A DNA stretch of 64,000 nucleotides, from the NCBI GenBank assembly GCA_040285855.1, contig JAUFOQ010000005.1, positions 992,001-1,056,000 of the forward strand. The letters run 5' to 3'. Every line of letters starts with the position of its first letter. The stretch's first letter is position 1. Origin of the DNA: Eukaryota sp. GEM-RC1. Lineage: Eukaryota. Below, in pieces: positions 52,465-64,000 of this stretch. The position numbers and the translations under genes are program-made. The notes beneath the pieces are model-generated. The model was not told the origin of the DNA and did not search any database. It saw only the letters and a program-made list of their open reading frames with translations.

Positions 52465-53981
52465 CTAAACCCCGTGTGAAACATTGAAACACCTCTTGGA
52501 ACATCTGTATAGGGCAACAGTTGACTCCTGACGAAATATTAGCAATTTTTGAAGCTGATTATAATGAGAAAGCTTGTTGTCTAAATACGTTGTCCCAAAA
52601 AGAAAAAGCAAGCCAGTAATCAAGAACCATGGAGATGTAAAGAAACTAATGTCCATCCACCGTCTGTCTTCACCAATTCCACATGGGATCACTGTAAATA
52701 AAGAAATGAACAAAAAAATGAACAAATAGGCAGAAGAAATTACATACATTTTGGAGAAACAACTTTTCATTTGATCTATATTGTAAGTAGCTGATGGTAA
52801 ACGTGAACACTTTCTTAAACTGTAAGACAAAAACTTACCATAAAGTAATCCTAAAGGAAATGAAACTAAAGCAAAAGTTGGAACATAGAATTGAGCTGTA
52901 AAACTCAAAACATGGTAGTAAAGACTTTAGCTTGACTTCCAGGTAAGTCAAACAAAGGTTTTTCAAATGATTTACTTAAAGACCTACACTTGTACCAAAA
53001 GAAAGGAAAAATAACATCAAAAAAGAATGTTAAGAGAAACAATGTGGAAATGTAAGTACCTAATTGAGTACCAAAGCAACTAAGAGGTGAACAAATTGTT
53101 TCATCAAATTCCTCAAGGAATAAAAAAAATGGGGATAGAAAAAAACACAACTTTAAGAAAATAAGGTACCACAATCGAGTAGAATCTTTCTCAGGAGCTG
53201 GTGCTGGAGAAGTAAAATAATACAACATCTTGCGTCCAAAATAATTAAATAAACATACCAAAAGGCCAAGTTCTAAATATCTCAGACGGAAATCCCGAGA
53301 TACAAGCGGCTGATGAGTAGAAAATACAACAAAAATAGTCATGATAACAACCAAAAGCAAAGGCATTAAAAAAATATAAACCCATTTAAGTTTTGGAAAG
53401 TGAACGTTATCCTTTTGAGAAGTAAGCGAGTGTTCTTCTTTCAGTTGTTCCGACAATTTGTTAAGAAAGTATTCCACATCAAACTTACCGGTATAATTCC
53501 ATCGGTAACAAAAAATAGCATTGAAAGACTTTAGACAGTTCAGATCATTAGTTTTGTCGATACTTTTCTCATTTTCAAGAAATGCGAAAATCCGAGAAAC
53601 ACAAACAGGAAGAGATGACATGAAGAACAGACAGAATGCACAATTCAAAACATATTCGTAACAATCATAAACGGATGGTAAACGTGAGACTTGCATGATA
53701 TGAAAAGTTTCTGTTTCATGAACATTAGAATAGTAGTGAAGGTACAAAGATATGAGTGTGATTAATGACGATAAGAACAGCATCAACGTCCCCACAAATA
53801 ACTCAAAGAGCAAAACAAATAGATGCCCAAACGGTGATCCAAACGCAGTCATCGAATGGTAGATGTCATCAGCAAATGGAGCGGATCGGTGTTCATTACT
53901 GAAAAAAGTGACAAAATCAGTTGATTTGGCGGAACGGCATAGAACAGATGATGAGTCAACTTTATGAGAACGTGATTGCAT
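52465..53981 (-). CDS. Divergent short TMC-like paralog 3
   Basis: FGSPFGHLF, FNAIFCYRW, KPLFDLP, IPCG motifs; 1-nt shift at A3 52920-52922 (A4 in paralogs 1 and 2). Confidence 0.65.
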
Positions 53982-54302
53982 TGAGACAGTAATCAACAGG
54001 GGTTATGCGACAGTGAGAGACCTCTTGTAACGTGAAGTCACAGAAAAGTGGTTGATGGAAAAGCGTTGTTTGCATCAGATGAACTACAGTACAATACTAC
54101 ATGTACTGCACTAGACAGACCAAACACTGTACAAATACTACTTCTACGCAACTACGTATAATGTACGCAACTCCATATGTTTCTCTGTCATATCTTGTAT
54201 TGTAGAACGTCTAATTGAATTACGCTCCTGTACCTCACAGCATGGTCTATACTCTCTACCTTTTCCGACAACATCTTTCCCGTCAAGAGTTCTCTCGCAG
54301 TT

Positions 54303-54548
54303 TCACATTGTTTGCAAGAATTTTAAGTGTTTATACGACATAATGTATACAATGGCGCTTAAATTCGGATTGATTCTACTATCGAAGTCAGTCTTGAAGA
54401 GAGCCAGAAAGTCTGTTACTGCATCGTCATCTTCAGAAGTGGAAGACGAATGCTGTGTTTTTGAACGATAATGCATCGATGAAGTACTTATGCTATCAGT
54501 AACATTGTGTAACAACAACGGTTGTGAAGCCGAGGCATCGCTATACAT
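54303..54548 (-). pseudogene. 5' fragment of a fourth TMC-like paralog
   Basis: RSKTQHSSSTSEDD...FLALFKTDFDSRIN matches the paralog 1 N-terminus RFKTHHSNSTSED...FLAVFKTDLPHRIN; truncated. Confidence 0.6.
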
Positions 54549-54663
54549 AAGAACAAAATTGACACAAACGATTTATTAAGAGACGACCTAAATTCACATC
54601 TTGTTACACAATAACCTGGGACAAACTATATACTAGTACACAGCACGACATTTTACTCTCCAC

Positions 54664-55419
54664 CAGGGGTTGGAAAAAATATTTAAATAAATATCATGGC
54701 CAACAATAAATATTTCAATAGGTTCAGTTCAAACAATAAATATTGCAATACAGTTGACTAATAAATAAATATTGCAATTATTGCAATATTCCATAAATAT
54801 TTCTGTGACACAACTCTTCTTTGAATTGTATGACTAAAGAGTCTTTATTTAGTAAATACGTTACCTATACTTTTGTACTTATCATAATATATTTTATGGA
54901 ATCACATCGTATTAAAAACCGAAACAACGGGGACGGAAGTTGGTGTAGCTGGAATGCTTCTTCACGAACAGGATGAAAGGGTTGCTGTAAGTGCAGTGTT
55001 TACATTGCCATGCAACCTTGCCAGCTGGAACTGATTCAGGCTGTGGATCTATGGACTTGAAGTAGAACAATGACATGTGCTGTGGTTTCCAAATCATGCG
55101 ACAGGGAACAGAAAAAAGTTCAGAAATTGTACGTTTCACATTACTACAACCAAGGAGAAGAAACAAAAACCTTCAGTGACCGTAAGAATCAGCACGAGAT
55201 ACAAGGAAACGTACCTTCTATAGTTGTAGAGAACATGGTTTTGCACTGTTTTCAATTTGGTAGAAACAAGAAAAATATTGCAATAAATATCATGACGAAC
55301 AATAAATATTGTAATCAGTCATGACAAAAAATAAATATTTCAATATGTGATGGAACAAAATAAATATTTTTAAGCAATAGTATTTCAATATTTAAATAGA
55401 AATATTTTTTTCCACCCTG
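54664..55419. mobile_element. hAT deletion derivative with BED-finger-like remnant
   Basis: TIR CAGGG(G)T(T)GGAAAAAATATTT; perfect 8-bp TSD CTCTCCAC (54656-54663, 55420-55427); AATAAATATT repeats; minus-strand YF...WQCKHC...SSYTN. Confidence 0.88.
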
Positions 55420-55439
55420 CTCTCCACACGATTTAATCT

Positions 55440-55835
55440 GGGTGTGGCTATTTTTGTACCAACATTTTTGGCTATCTTTGTACCCAATTCTCAAATGGTT
55501 ATTTGTGTACCAACGTCTTTCTCTCTTTTATAGACCATACAAGCAAATAAACTCTAACCTTACTATACATCCTTTTCTGGTTCTTCTTTTCGGTTTGTTC
55601 ACTCTGTCTTCTTGTGAGTTTCAATACCACATTCTCCACATGGTTGATTTCACTTCACCACTGTGTGCTGTTCTGACCCACAGTTGCTGCAATGATACTT
55701 TCTTTTCGTCTTGTTTTTAGGACCTACTTCTTCGTCTTTGCTTTTTCTTAAAACATTCTGCGGAAGTGTTCTAATGAGTGTATTTTGCAATATCAAATTC
55801 CATTTGAGTGGTTGTGAAATATCGATTTGGGTCCC
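55440..55835 (-). mobile_element. Possible Mutator-like transposase C-terminal remnant and terminus
   Basis: GPKNKTKRKYHCSNCGSEQHT basic region plus zinc knuckle; G(C/T)TAT...GTACC repeats at 55445-55515. Confidence 0.4.
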
Positions 55836-55840
55836 AACAT

Positions 55841-56239
55841 CAGGGATCGAAAAAAATAAATTATATTGCAATATATTGCAATAAATTATATTGCAACAAA
55901 TATTGTACGTCTTTTGATGCGCAATACATTTATTGCAACAAAGGGTTTATTGCAATACATTGCAATATATTTCCAATGTATTGCAATATGTCACAACGAG
56001 ATTTCTGCAGAGTAACTCTAACAAGTCTTGTTCATGAGAACACTTTCTTTCACTGTATATCCACTCCTAGTCCAAAGAAGTTAAAAGGGGATCTACAGTT
56101 GGTTTCTACATCACTATTGTCATCACTCAACACATACTTCAAGCAATGAGATTTGTGGAAACTGGTATATGTGTTTATTTACGTATCAATAAAGACACGA
56201 CCCGCACCCAGCAATACCATTTATTTTTTTCGATCCCTG
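55841..56239. mobile_element. hAT-type MITE
   Basis: Perfect 21-bp TIR CAGGGATCGAAAAAAATAAAT; ATATTGCAAT repeats; TSD degenerate (CCCAACAT/CCCAGAGT). Confidence 0.75.
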
Positions 56240-56839
56240 CCCAGAGTCTGTATCAGGAAGCGGGAAGTCTTATCATATAGTACTGTAATGAATGTGGTAT
56301 ATGTACGTGGCGATTCGGTGAAAAGTTCAAACACGCATATACATCACATCATCGAAACCATTGACATAATAATTATTGACACCAACAGAAGAGCAAAGTA
56401 GACACATGAGTTGTGAAGTCTGAGCGTACATTCTGATCAGAAGCGGTGTCAAGATTTACAGTACGTTAAGAAGTAAAATTTATGTTCTTATTGATGTATC
56501 TGAAAGGGAAACCGACTAAAAACTCTGATGTTCCACTAGTGGTAAATTTTCAGTCAGTAAATTTCAGCAAAAAATCTCAATTTCTTACATTTTCACGGAC
56601 CAAGCTTTACCCAAAATATTACAATATATTGCAATTATTTATTGCAATCATCTCAGTTTCCAATACTAGTATATTTATTGCAATGATCACATTTTCCAAT
56701 ATATTTATTGTACATTTTTTATGTTAGAAATATATTGCAATATATTTTTTCGATCCCAAATTTTGGGACATGAGTGTTTTTGAGATTTTTCCTATAAATT
56801 AACAAAATACAAACTAGTAGTACTTAAAATATTTTTCCA

Positions 56840-58830
56840 GAATACGATTCAAATTCTTTGGGAAACTTCTATAAAAAGAAAAAACAATGAGATTGCGCCA
56901 AAAAGTCCGAAAAACTGTTCAGAAAACCGGTTCTGACCCAATTTTTCCTATGATCACGACACAATTTTGGAGTAGGCATCTAAGAAATATTCAGCATCAC
57001 TTCCAATATTACCAAGAATTGAAATAGCAAAAGGAATGAACTTAAAAGAAGAATACAAATTGGAATTCAGTTTGTTCATTGTGTCAGAATATGTATCAAT
57101 CTTTCCTTTTTCAGCTTTGGATAAATGATTTTCAGTATCACTCGAAACTGAATTCAAATACACTTTTGCGGAAGGACCAACAGTTGTAAAATCTATCACT
57201 GCTTGACAAGAATAAAGATATGGAACAATGAGATCACCTCGTCGAGAATTGGTAATATTGTCATCACTATAAATTATAAATCGAACCTCTTCTTAAGCAT
57301 TATAGTGTATAATGCTTAAGAAGAGGTTCGATTTTTCCATTAAACCCATGACATTTAAACATTTCATAGGTAACGTCACGAACATCATTGTGTAAAATCG
57401 TACTAAACTGACGAAATTTTTTGCAACTAACAATGTGTTTGAAGTCAGCTTTTGAACTTTTTCACGGTAACACACAGTATTATTTAACAATTCAAATGGA
57501 AACAGACCTAAGCAAAGACGCATGTTAAGTTTCCAAGACTCATTATTGAGATGAAGACCATAAGGTCTAGGCTGTTGAGTAATACATGATGAACAGTTTT
57601 TCAAATCCAAAAGAAAAGCAGCAAAGACGGAATGATTTACCTTAGTCACACTAAGACGTTTAGAAAAATCCAAGTCTTCTAAGCCATGTAAAAAACATTT
57701 TTGCAATTTTATTACGGATAAATGACCGTAACGTAATCGCTGTTTGAACTGAGTCCATTTTGTGGATGAAAGCATCAGAGGAAAGTGTTTCTCGTTTCAA
57801 CAAATCTTTTTGTAGACCATTAATTTCCAGTGTTGCACCATTGTTTTCCATACACGTATGGACCCCCATACGTCCATACGCGTATGGTATTTTCTGTTTT
57901 CGCCATACACATTTAAACTACATGTATCTGTATATGAACTTCTTCGACGCAGAGACTCAATGACTTTTTTATAAATATGTAGATAAATATACCTTATTGA
58001 AAACTTAACCTCAACTTCATCCATTTCATTTCAAAAATAAATCGCTATCAGGATACCACCTCTGCTTCCATTGCTGGATGTGTTTTATCTGAGTTCCATT
58101 GATGTGTATAGACCAGTTTTTTGCGCGTTCCACTATAAGTCTGTTTTTGTTATTATCTCACTTTTTTTTAAAAATAGTTGTATAAAGAGAAAAAACTACA
58201 AAAAAGTCTGTTTCGTCGTTTTTTCTGAATAAATGAGTACGTACTCAAACTCTGTCACACGATTCTACAGATCATACTTGTTTTATTAGTTTGATGACAA
58301 ATTGTTTAAGCACGAGGTTTGCTAGGCTAAAGAACAACAACATGAGAGTGTAGGAGATTATATTTAGACATTATGAAGCCAACTTTCAACATTTCTTTGC
58401 TTAGCAAAGAGATGTTGGAAAGATTCTGTCACCACCATTCTGCCATTCTACCATACGTCCATACGCCCATACACGTATGGCAAATTTATTTTGGTTATGG
58501 CGCAACACTGCTAATTTCCTCGCACCTCCCCCCTTCAGTGATCTAATTGGGTCACTATTATGTGCAACCAGTGTTTGAAACATTAGTGACTTAAGTGTGA
58601 ATAACAATGACTTTGAAGATTATGGTAAGCGTGGTTCTGACACTTTTTTCCTCGGCAAAATGGTTAATTGCTTGTTTTGGATAACATTTCAGTTGATCCT
58701 TGTCAAGCTTCGAATGAACGATTTGCTGATGAACAGTAGCTTTAGACCAAGAACCCATAACCTCGAAGCATGAAGCTGTGATGAAGAATTTGATAAACAA
58801 GCCAACTACATGTAGTAGACTGAGCATCTT
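56840..58830 (-). mobile_element. RLE non-LTR retrotransposon remnant, interrupted by a hAT element
   Basis: LQKDL; WKLNMRL.LGLFP; RRGDLIVP..IDFTTV.P; AEKGK..Y; FIPFAIS. Confidence 0.75.
57828..58510. mobile_element. Non-autonomous hAT-type element
   Basis: TIR CAGTGTTGC(A/G)CCAT; 8-bp TSD (T/C)TAATTTC; CCATAC(G) subterminal repeats at both ends. Confidence 0.85.
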
Positions 58831-59029
58831 TCATATACATTTTTCGTCCCTTTGCTTTTTTCTCTTTTTGGCTCGTTTGGTCTCAAAACCATGAATTTGC
58901 TGATGTGATGAAATCACGGAGAAGTCATCATATTAGTGTTCTTTAATTCTGTCCGTCTTATACAATCAAATTATGTTATGAACGTGATCTGCCTGTAAAC
59001 TTGAATTTTGCTTTTATTCGAATTATGTC

Positions 59030-59124
59030 CAACTCATGACTTGATTCATATAACTTGACTTGAATCACTTGAGTAAGTCCAGTGAGCTAGGATATGACTT
59101 GAGTCGATTCGTTTGACAACTCTA
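59030..59124. mobile_element. Orphan right end of a hAT-type element
   Basis: CGTTTGACAACTCTA (same TIR family as 35804) preceded by ACTTGA repeats. Confidence 0.5.
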
Positions 59125-59316
59125 GTACTTGACAACATCAATAATATTCTTACAGAAACTATTTTTAAGAATTAATGTTAATTTAACTGTTTATTAAATG
59201 ACCTAAGAATCCAACTTTCATCATTGATATGTGCACGTCAGCTGTTGAGCTGTCTACATGTGCACAAGTTCATATCGTGCAAGACAAAATGGACTAAAAA
59301 AATAACCTTTTCAACG

Positions 59317-62300
59317 ATGTCTAATCATAAACAACCGCCTTTTGATGGGTCTGCACCTCAAACCACCGTCCGTTTTCCTATATCTATACAACCTACACCG
59401 CCCGATCCTCCTAGACCTGCTCAACATCCCTACCCCAACCCCTATATTTCTGCACCTTCCTTCGTCTCTGGAAGTTTACCTTACATTACTCCAAGTCCAT
59501 ATCCACAAACTTATCCTTCCCCTTACTCTTCTCACCCCTTCCCCCAACATCAACACCAGCACCAACCACAATCCTCTCTACCTAGTCATTTAATATCCAA
59601 CTTTTTCTTCCCTATATCAACAACCTCAATACGCCCCTCCTTCCTCCTCCTATCCATCTCACCTTGTTCCAACCTATCCTTCCCACCTCCCCCCTTCCCA
59701 ACCTAAACCTCGCCGTACCCCTAGCAAATCCCGTGGGCGTCGTGGCGGCCGTGGTGGCGGTAGGACCAAAGCTCCAACTGAACCTAAAGTCATCTACAAA
59801 GACGACCCAGAAGAGGACCTTGACATTGAATCTCCACCTGACAGTGACCAGGAATTCTCTATGGCCTACGAACATGAAGCCCCTGCTCCAGTTGGAAGAA
59901 GAACCAGAACTCGTGGGTCTAAACGAGGAGTCTACAAGGAAGATTCTTCTGATGAAGAGGAAGAGAAAGTTCTAGAAGAAGACATCTCCGTTCCAGCTAC
60001 CCCAGAACCTGTCATTGATCGTATAATGCTACACAGAGTCAAGAGTACCGTCAATGTTGGATTTGTTCAAGAACGTCGTGAACGTCTAGCCATGAAGAGT
60101 TTAGATCCCTTTCATAAGGACAAGCACCTTAAAGAACCCATAGATATTCAAGATGAAGAGATTCCTGAGGAGTTTGATCTCCGAGTGTTAGAACGTGAGG
60201 AGCTAGTTGAGTTCTATGTTAAATGGAAAGGCTGGTCAGTTAGGCACTCTGAGTGGATTCCTTGTGAGTTGTTAAAGAATAATCGAGCTGGTCAAGTTCG
60301 ATTACAGAGATACTTGAAGCAACGCAGAGATGAAGCTGAGATGTTGTTGTCTGCTACTGATGAAGAACGTGAAGACTTCTTAATCAAATGGGAGTTGTCA
60401 TCTGAGGTCATTCAGCAATACCAGATCGTTGATAACATTCTAGATCGACGAGAAGTCTTGTTAGACGAAGGAATGGACAAGAATCTCTATGATGTCCAAG
60501 TTAATCCTGATACTGGGGTTCAATACATTTACGAGTACCTAGTTAAATGGAAGGAAATGGACGAGGAGGACTGTACTTGGGAGACTCTTGGACAGGAAAG
60601 TAAAGAGATTGAAGGGTTTACTCAGCATGTACAGGCTTATGAGGAGTTTCTGAAGAAGCCGTTGGAGCTGCGTGTGCCGCCGAAAGTTCAACAACGTGTA
60701 ATGTATCAGTTTAGAGGCTATCCAGCTCAACCTAAGTGGATTACTGATGGTGAACTACGTGATTACCAATTAGTAGGGCTCAACTTCCTTTTGACTTCCT
60801 GGACAAGAGGAAGAAACGTCATCCTTGCTGATGAAATGGGTCTTGGTAAAACCATTCAAACTGCTGCTTTCCTTGGAGCTCTTAGAAACGATTTCAAACA
60901 GGGTGGACCTTCCCTAGTGGTTGTTCCCCTCTCAACTATCCACGCTTGGCTCAAGGAACTACGTCAGTGGGCTCCTAACCTTCACGTGGTTCTGTACTAC
61001 GGTTCTGCTAAGAGTAGGGCGGTGATACGTGGGCATTGTTTGTTGAAACCTACACCAGAGGACTTTTTGTTGACTGAAGCTTTTTCAAGTAATTCAGTTG
61101 CAATTAATAACCCGTCGTTTGTGACTGCTGATTATATCAAGAAATGTATGGTTAAAGGAATGACTCCTAAGTTTCATGTGGTTTTAACTACTTATGAATT
61201 ACTTTTAAAGGATGCCGATATTTTAAAAAGTTTTAATTTTCAAATGATGGTTATTGATGAAGCTCATCGACTCAAAAACGATAAGTCGAAGCTCGCAGAT
61301 GCATTAGATTCCTTCCAGGTTGCCGCTAAAGTTTTAATCACTGGTACTCCCCTCCAGAATTCCCTACGAGAACTTTGGAATTTATTAAATTTCTTAGATC
61401 CTTTAAAATTTGGAGATTGGGATGCTTTCCACGTCAATTACGGTGATCTCAGTGGTGATGATCAAGTCTCCAAACTTCACTCTGAACTGGCTCCTTTTAT
61501 TCTACGTAGACTGAAGAAAGACGTTGAGAAGGGAATTCCAGGAAAGATTGAACGTATCATTAGGGTCGAATTGAGCCCTATCCAGAAGAAATTCTACAAA
61601 TGGATTCTGACTCGCAACTTCGACCAGCTCAAAAAGGTTCAAATATCAACAATCTGCTTAATATCATGGTTGAACTAAAAAGATCTGCAACCATCCTTAC
61701 CTCTCAATGGACGTGGCAATGAGAGAGAAAGTCTTTGAGGAGCAAGGATTGTCTTATTCAAAAGAGGATCAGTTAAGAAGTATTGTGGAAGCTAGTGGTA
61801 AAGTTATGTTGTTGGATAGATTGTTGGGAAAGCTTTTTCAACGGGGATCAAAAGTATTGATTTTCTCGCAAATGGTCCGAATGCTTGATATTCTCTCAGA
61901 ATACATGCAGTTTAAAAATTTTAAATTTCAACGACTTGATGGTTCAATGAGATCACTTGATCGTAAGAAAGCTATGGAAGTTTTCAATGATCCTGAGGGT
62001 GATTGCTTCTGTTTCTTACTCTCAACTAGAGCTGGAGGGTTAGGTATCAACCTGACTGCTGCTGACGTCGTAGTCATTTTTGATAGTGATTGGAATCCTC
62101 AAAACGACCTTCAAGCCGAGGCAAGAGCTCATAGGATTGGTCAAAAGAAGGTTGTCAAGATCTTTAGAGTTGTTTCAAAGGATTCTGTGGAAGAGGAAGT
62201 GTTGGAGAGAGCCAAAAGAAATTGGTTCTTGATCACGTAGTCATTCAGACAATGTCTCAGAGCGTTGCAACGGTTTCAGTAGATCCAAAGAAGGCTTCAA

Positions 62301-63778
62301 CTCAAATATTTGATAAGAGTGATATTAATCAAATTTTAAAATTTGGTGCTAGAGAACTTTTTACTGAAGATGAAGTCCAAGCTACTACTAAAGTTGAAGA
62401 AAGATTGAAATTTAATGATGATGAAATTGATCGAATTTTAAATTTACAAGAAGATTCTTTTGATGGACAAGATCAACAGGTTTCTGACGCTCAACAATTT
62501 TTAAATAAGTTTGAATTTGCCGATTATTCAAGTAAACCAGAAGTCGAAGATGTCGGTATCGCAGACGCCAATTTCTGGAAGAATTTAATTTCTCAAGAAA
62601 TTGAAGCTCCCGTCTTAGAATCTCAGGTCCTTGGTCGTTCTAGATCACGTGGCCCTAGAGTAGTAGAAGATTTCGAAGATGACGTGATGTTAAAGGAAGA
62701 TGTCTACTTTGAAGGGTCTGATTTGGAGTTTGACGATCCCACCGCTGCCTCTGGAAAGTTAGTTGGAGGAAAGATTGCCCAGAAAGACATGAAACACGTG
62801 TTTAGAGCCTTTAGAGCTCTTCCTTCCTATTCTAGAATTGCTGACATCACCCGATTGTCTGGCATTCCTAAAAGTGAGGCAGTCATTTTGAAAGTTTGTG
62901 AAGAACTTCTCCAGTACTGTGAAGATGCCGTAGCTAGAAGCAACAAGGATTACTCAGAAAAAGGAAGTTTGTATGTCGAGTGGCGTGGAGTAAAGTCCAT
63001 TAACGCGGCAGATTTACTTCGAAAAGTACGTGAATTCGAAACCATTAGAATCTTCCTCTCCAGTTTTCTTGACATGGAGTTCCTCCTCAATGCTGACCTA
63101 TCTACTCCTGAAGCTACTGAACTAATTAAGACTAAGATTCCAGAAGAAACTCTTGGATTCTCAGCTCCTTCGTGGTGTAAAACATGGGATTTTGTGGATG
63201 ATATGAAGTTGTTAGTTTCTACTTATAGAATTGGATTTGGTAATTGGGAACGGTTTAGGAAAGAGCCTGATCTTGGGATTGGTCTTAAAATTGGTGATAC
63301 GAAGACCCCAATGTTGTCTAGAAGAGTTGAGTATCTTTTAAGGCGAATTAACGGATTCCTATCTCCCGAAGTCACTTCTCCAAGAGAAAAGCCGAAAGCC
63401 ACCCCCAGAAAGACACGTAAAAAGGTCGACAATCACGTTCCTGCAAAGAGAACTAGAAAGCCAGATGGCTTAGAAGTTGAGAAACCTTCTACTTCTAGTT
63501 CGCCTGATCTTTACTCTGAAGGATGGTGCAAGTTGGAGCTCACGGATGCTCGAGACTTTCTTCAGCGGTTAGCTTTGAAGTCCTCTATGGGCGAACAACT
63601 CAACATGGGGCTATTAACCTCAGTTGGAAATGTTATTGAAGATGTCATTTCCAGTGATAAGTATGCATCTTTTACTGAAGAGACACGTACTCAGATGAGG
63701 AATAGGTTGTGGGAGTATGTTTCTAACTTTTGTAATACCGATTATGTGGAACTTAAAGAACTTTATTATCAGGATTAA
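59317..63778 (+). CDS. CHD1: Chromodomain-helicase-DNA-binding protein 1
   Basis: Two chromodomains (FYVKWKG, YLVKWK); SNF2 motifs [43 protein letters not shown]-like GFGNW; C-terminal CHCT-like LWEYVS.F; four 1-nt homopolymer shifts. Confidence 0.92.
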
Positions 63779-64000
63779 GGTGTGTTTTTCGAATTTATTA
63801 TTGTTTTGTACTTTTGGTTTTTTAAATCACCAAATGCTCAAATAAACGAGTTTTTTATTCTCCATGTTGTTTTCCCTCTATACAAATACGTACAACTTTC
63901 ATCTGCTTCAATGACTTTTCACAATTAAAAACTGATGAAAATATGCATCAACATCTGTACTAGGACAACACTACTGAATTTTGGTATCTCCCTTTTTTAA

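Overview
AT-rich eukaryotic nuclear DNA from a flagellated protist. It encodes IFT43 and CFAP96; a hemerythrin sensor suggests a low-oxygen lifestyle (inference). Compact genes with very short (mostly 26-32 nt) GT-AG introns alternate with dense transposon graveyards. Recognisable genes: SNRNP27, Rad21/Rec8 kleisin, a ~4,545-aa secreted repeat protein, a histidine phosphotransfer (HPt) protein, CFAP96, a multi-pass TmcB-like receptor ending in hemerythrin, E2F, an RI-like LRR protein, IFT43, RIX1/PELP1, MED27, three tandem miniature TMC-channel-like paralogs with homogenised blocks, and CHD1. Mobile DNA: many RLE-type non-LTR retrotransposon remnants and several non-autonomous DNA transposons. 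These include hAT-type elements with 8-bp TSDs and one TA-flanked element, often nested. About 15 single-base frameshifts in genes can each be repaired at a short homopolymer; these are probably long-read errors but are flagged. All family calls come from motif recognition by eye, not database searches.
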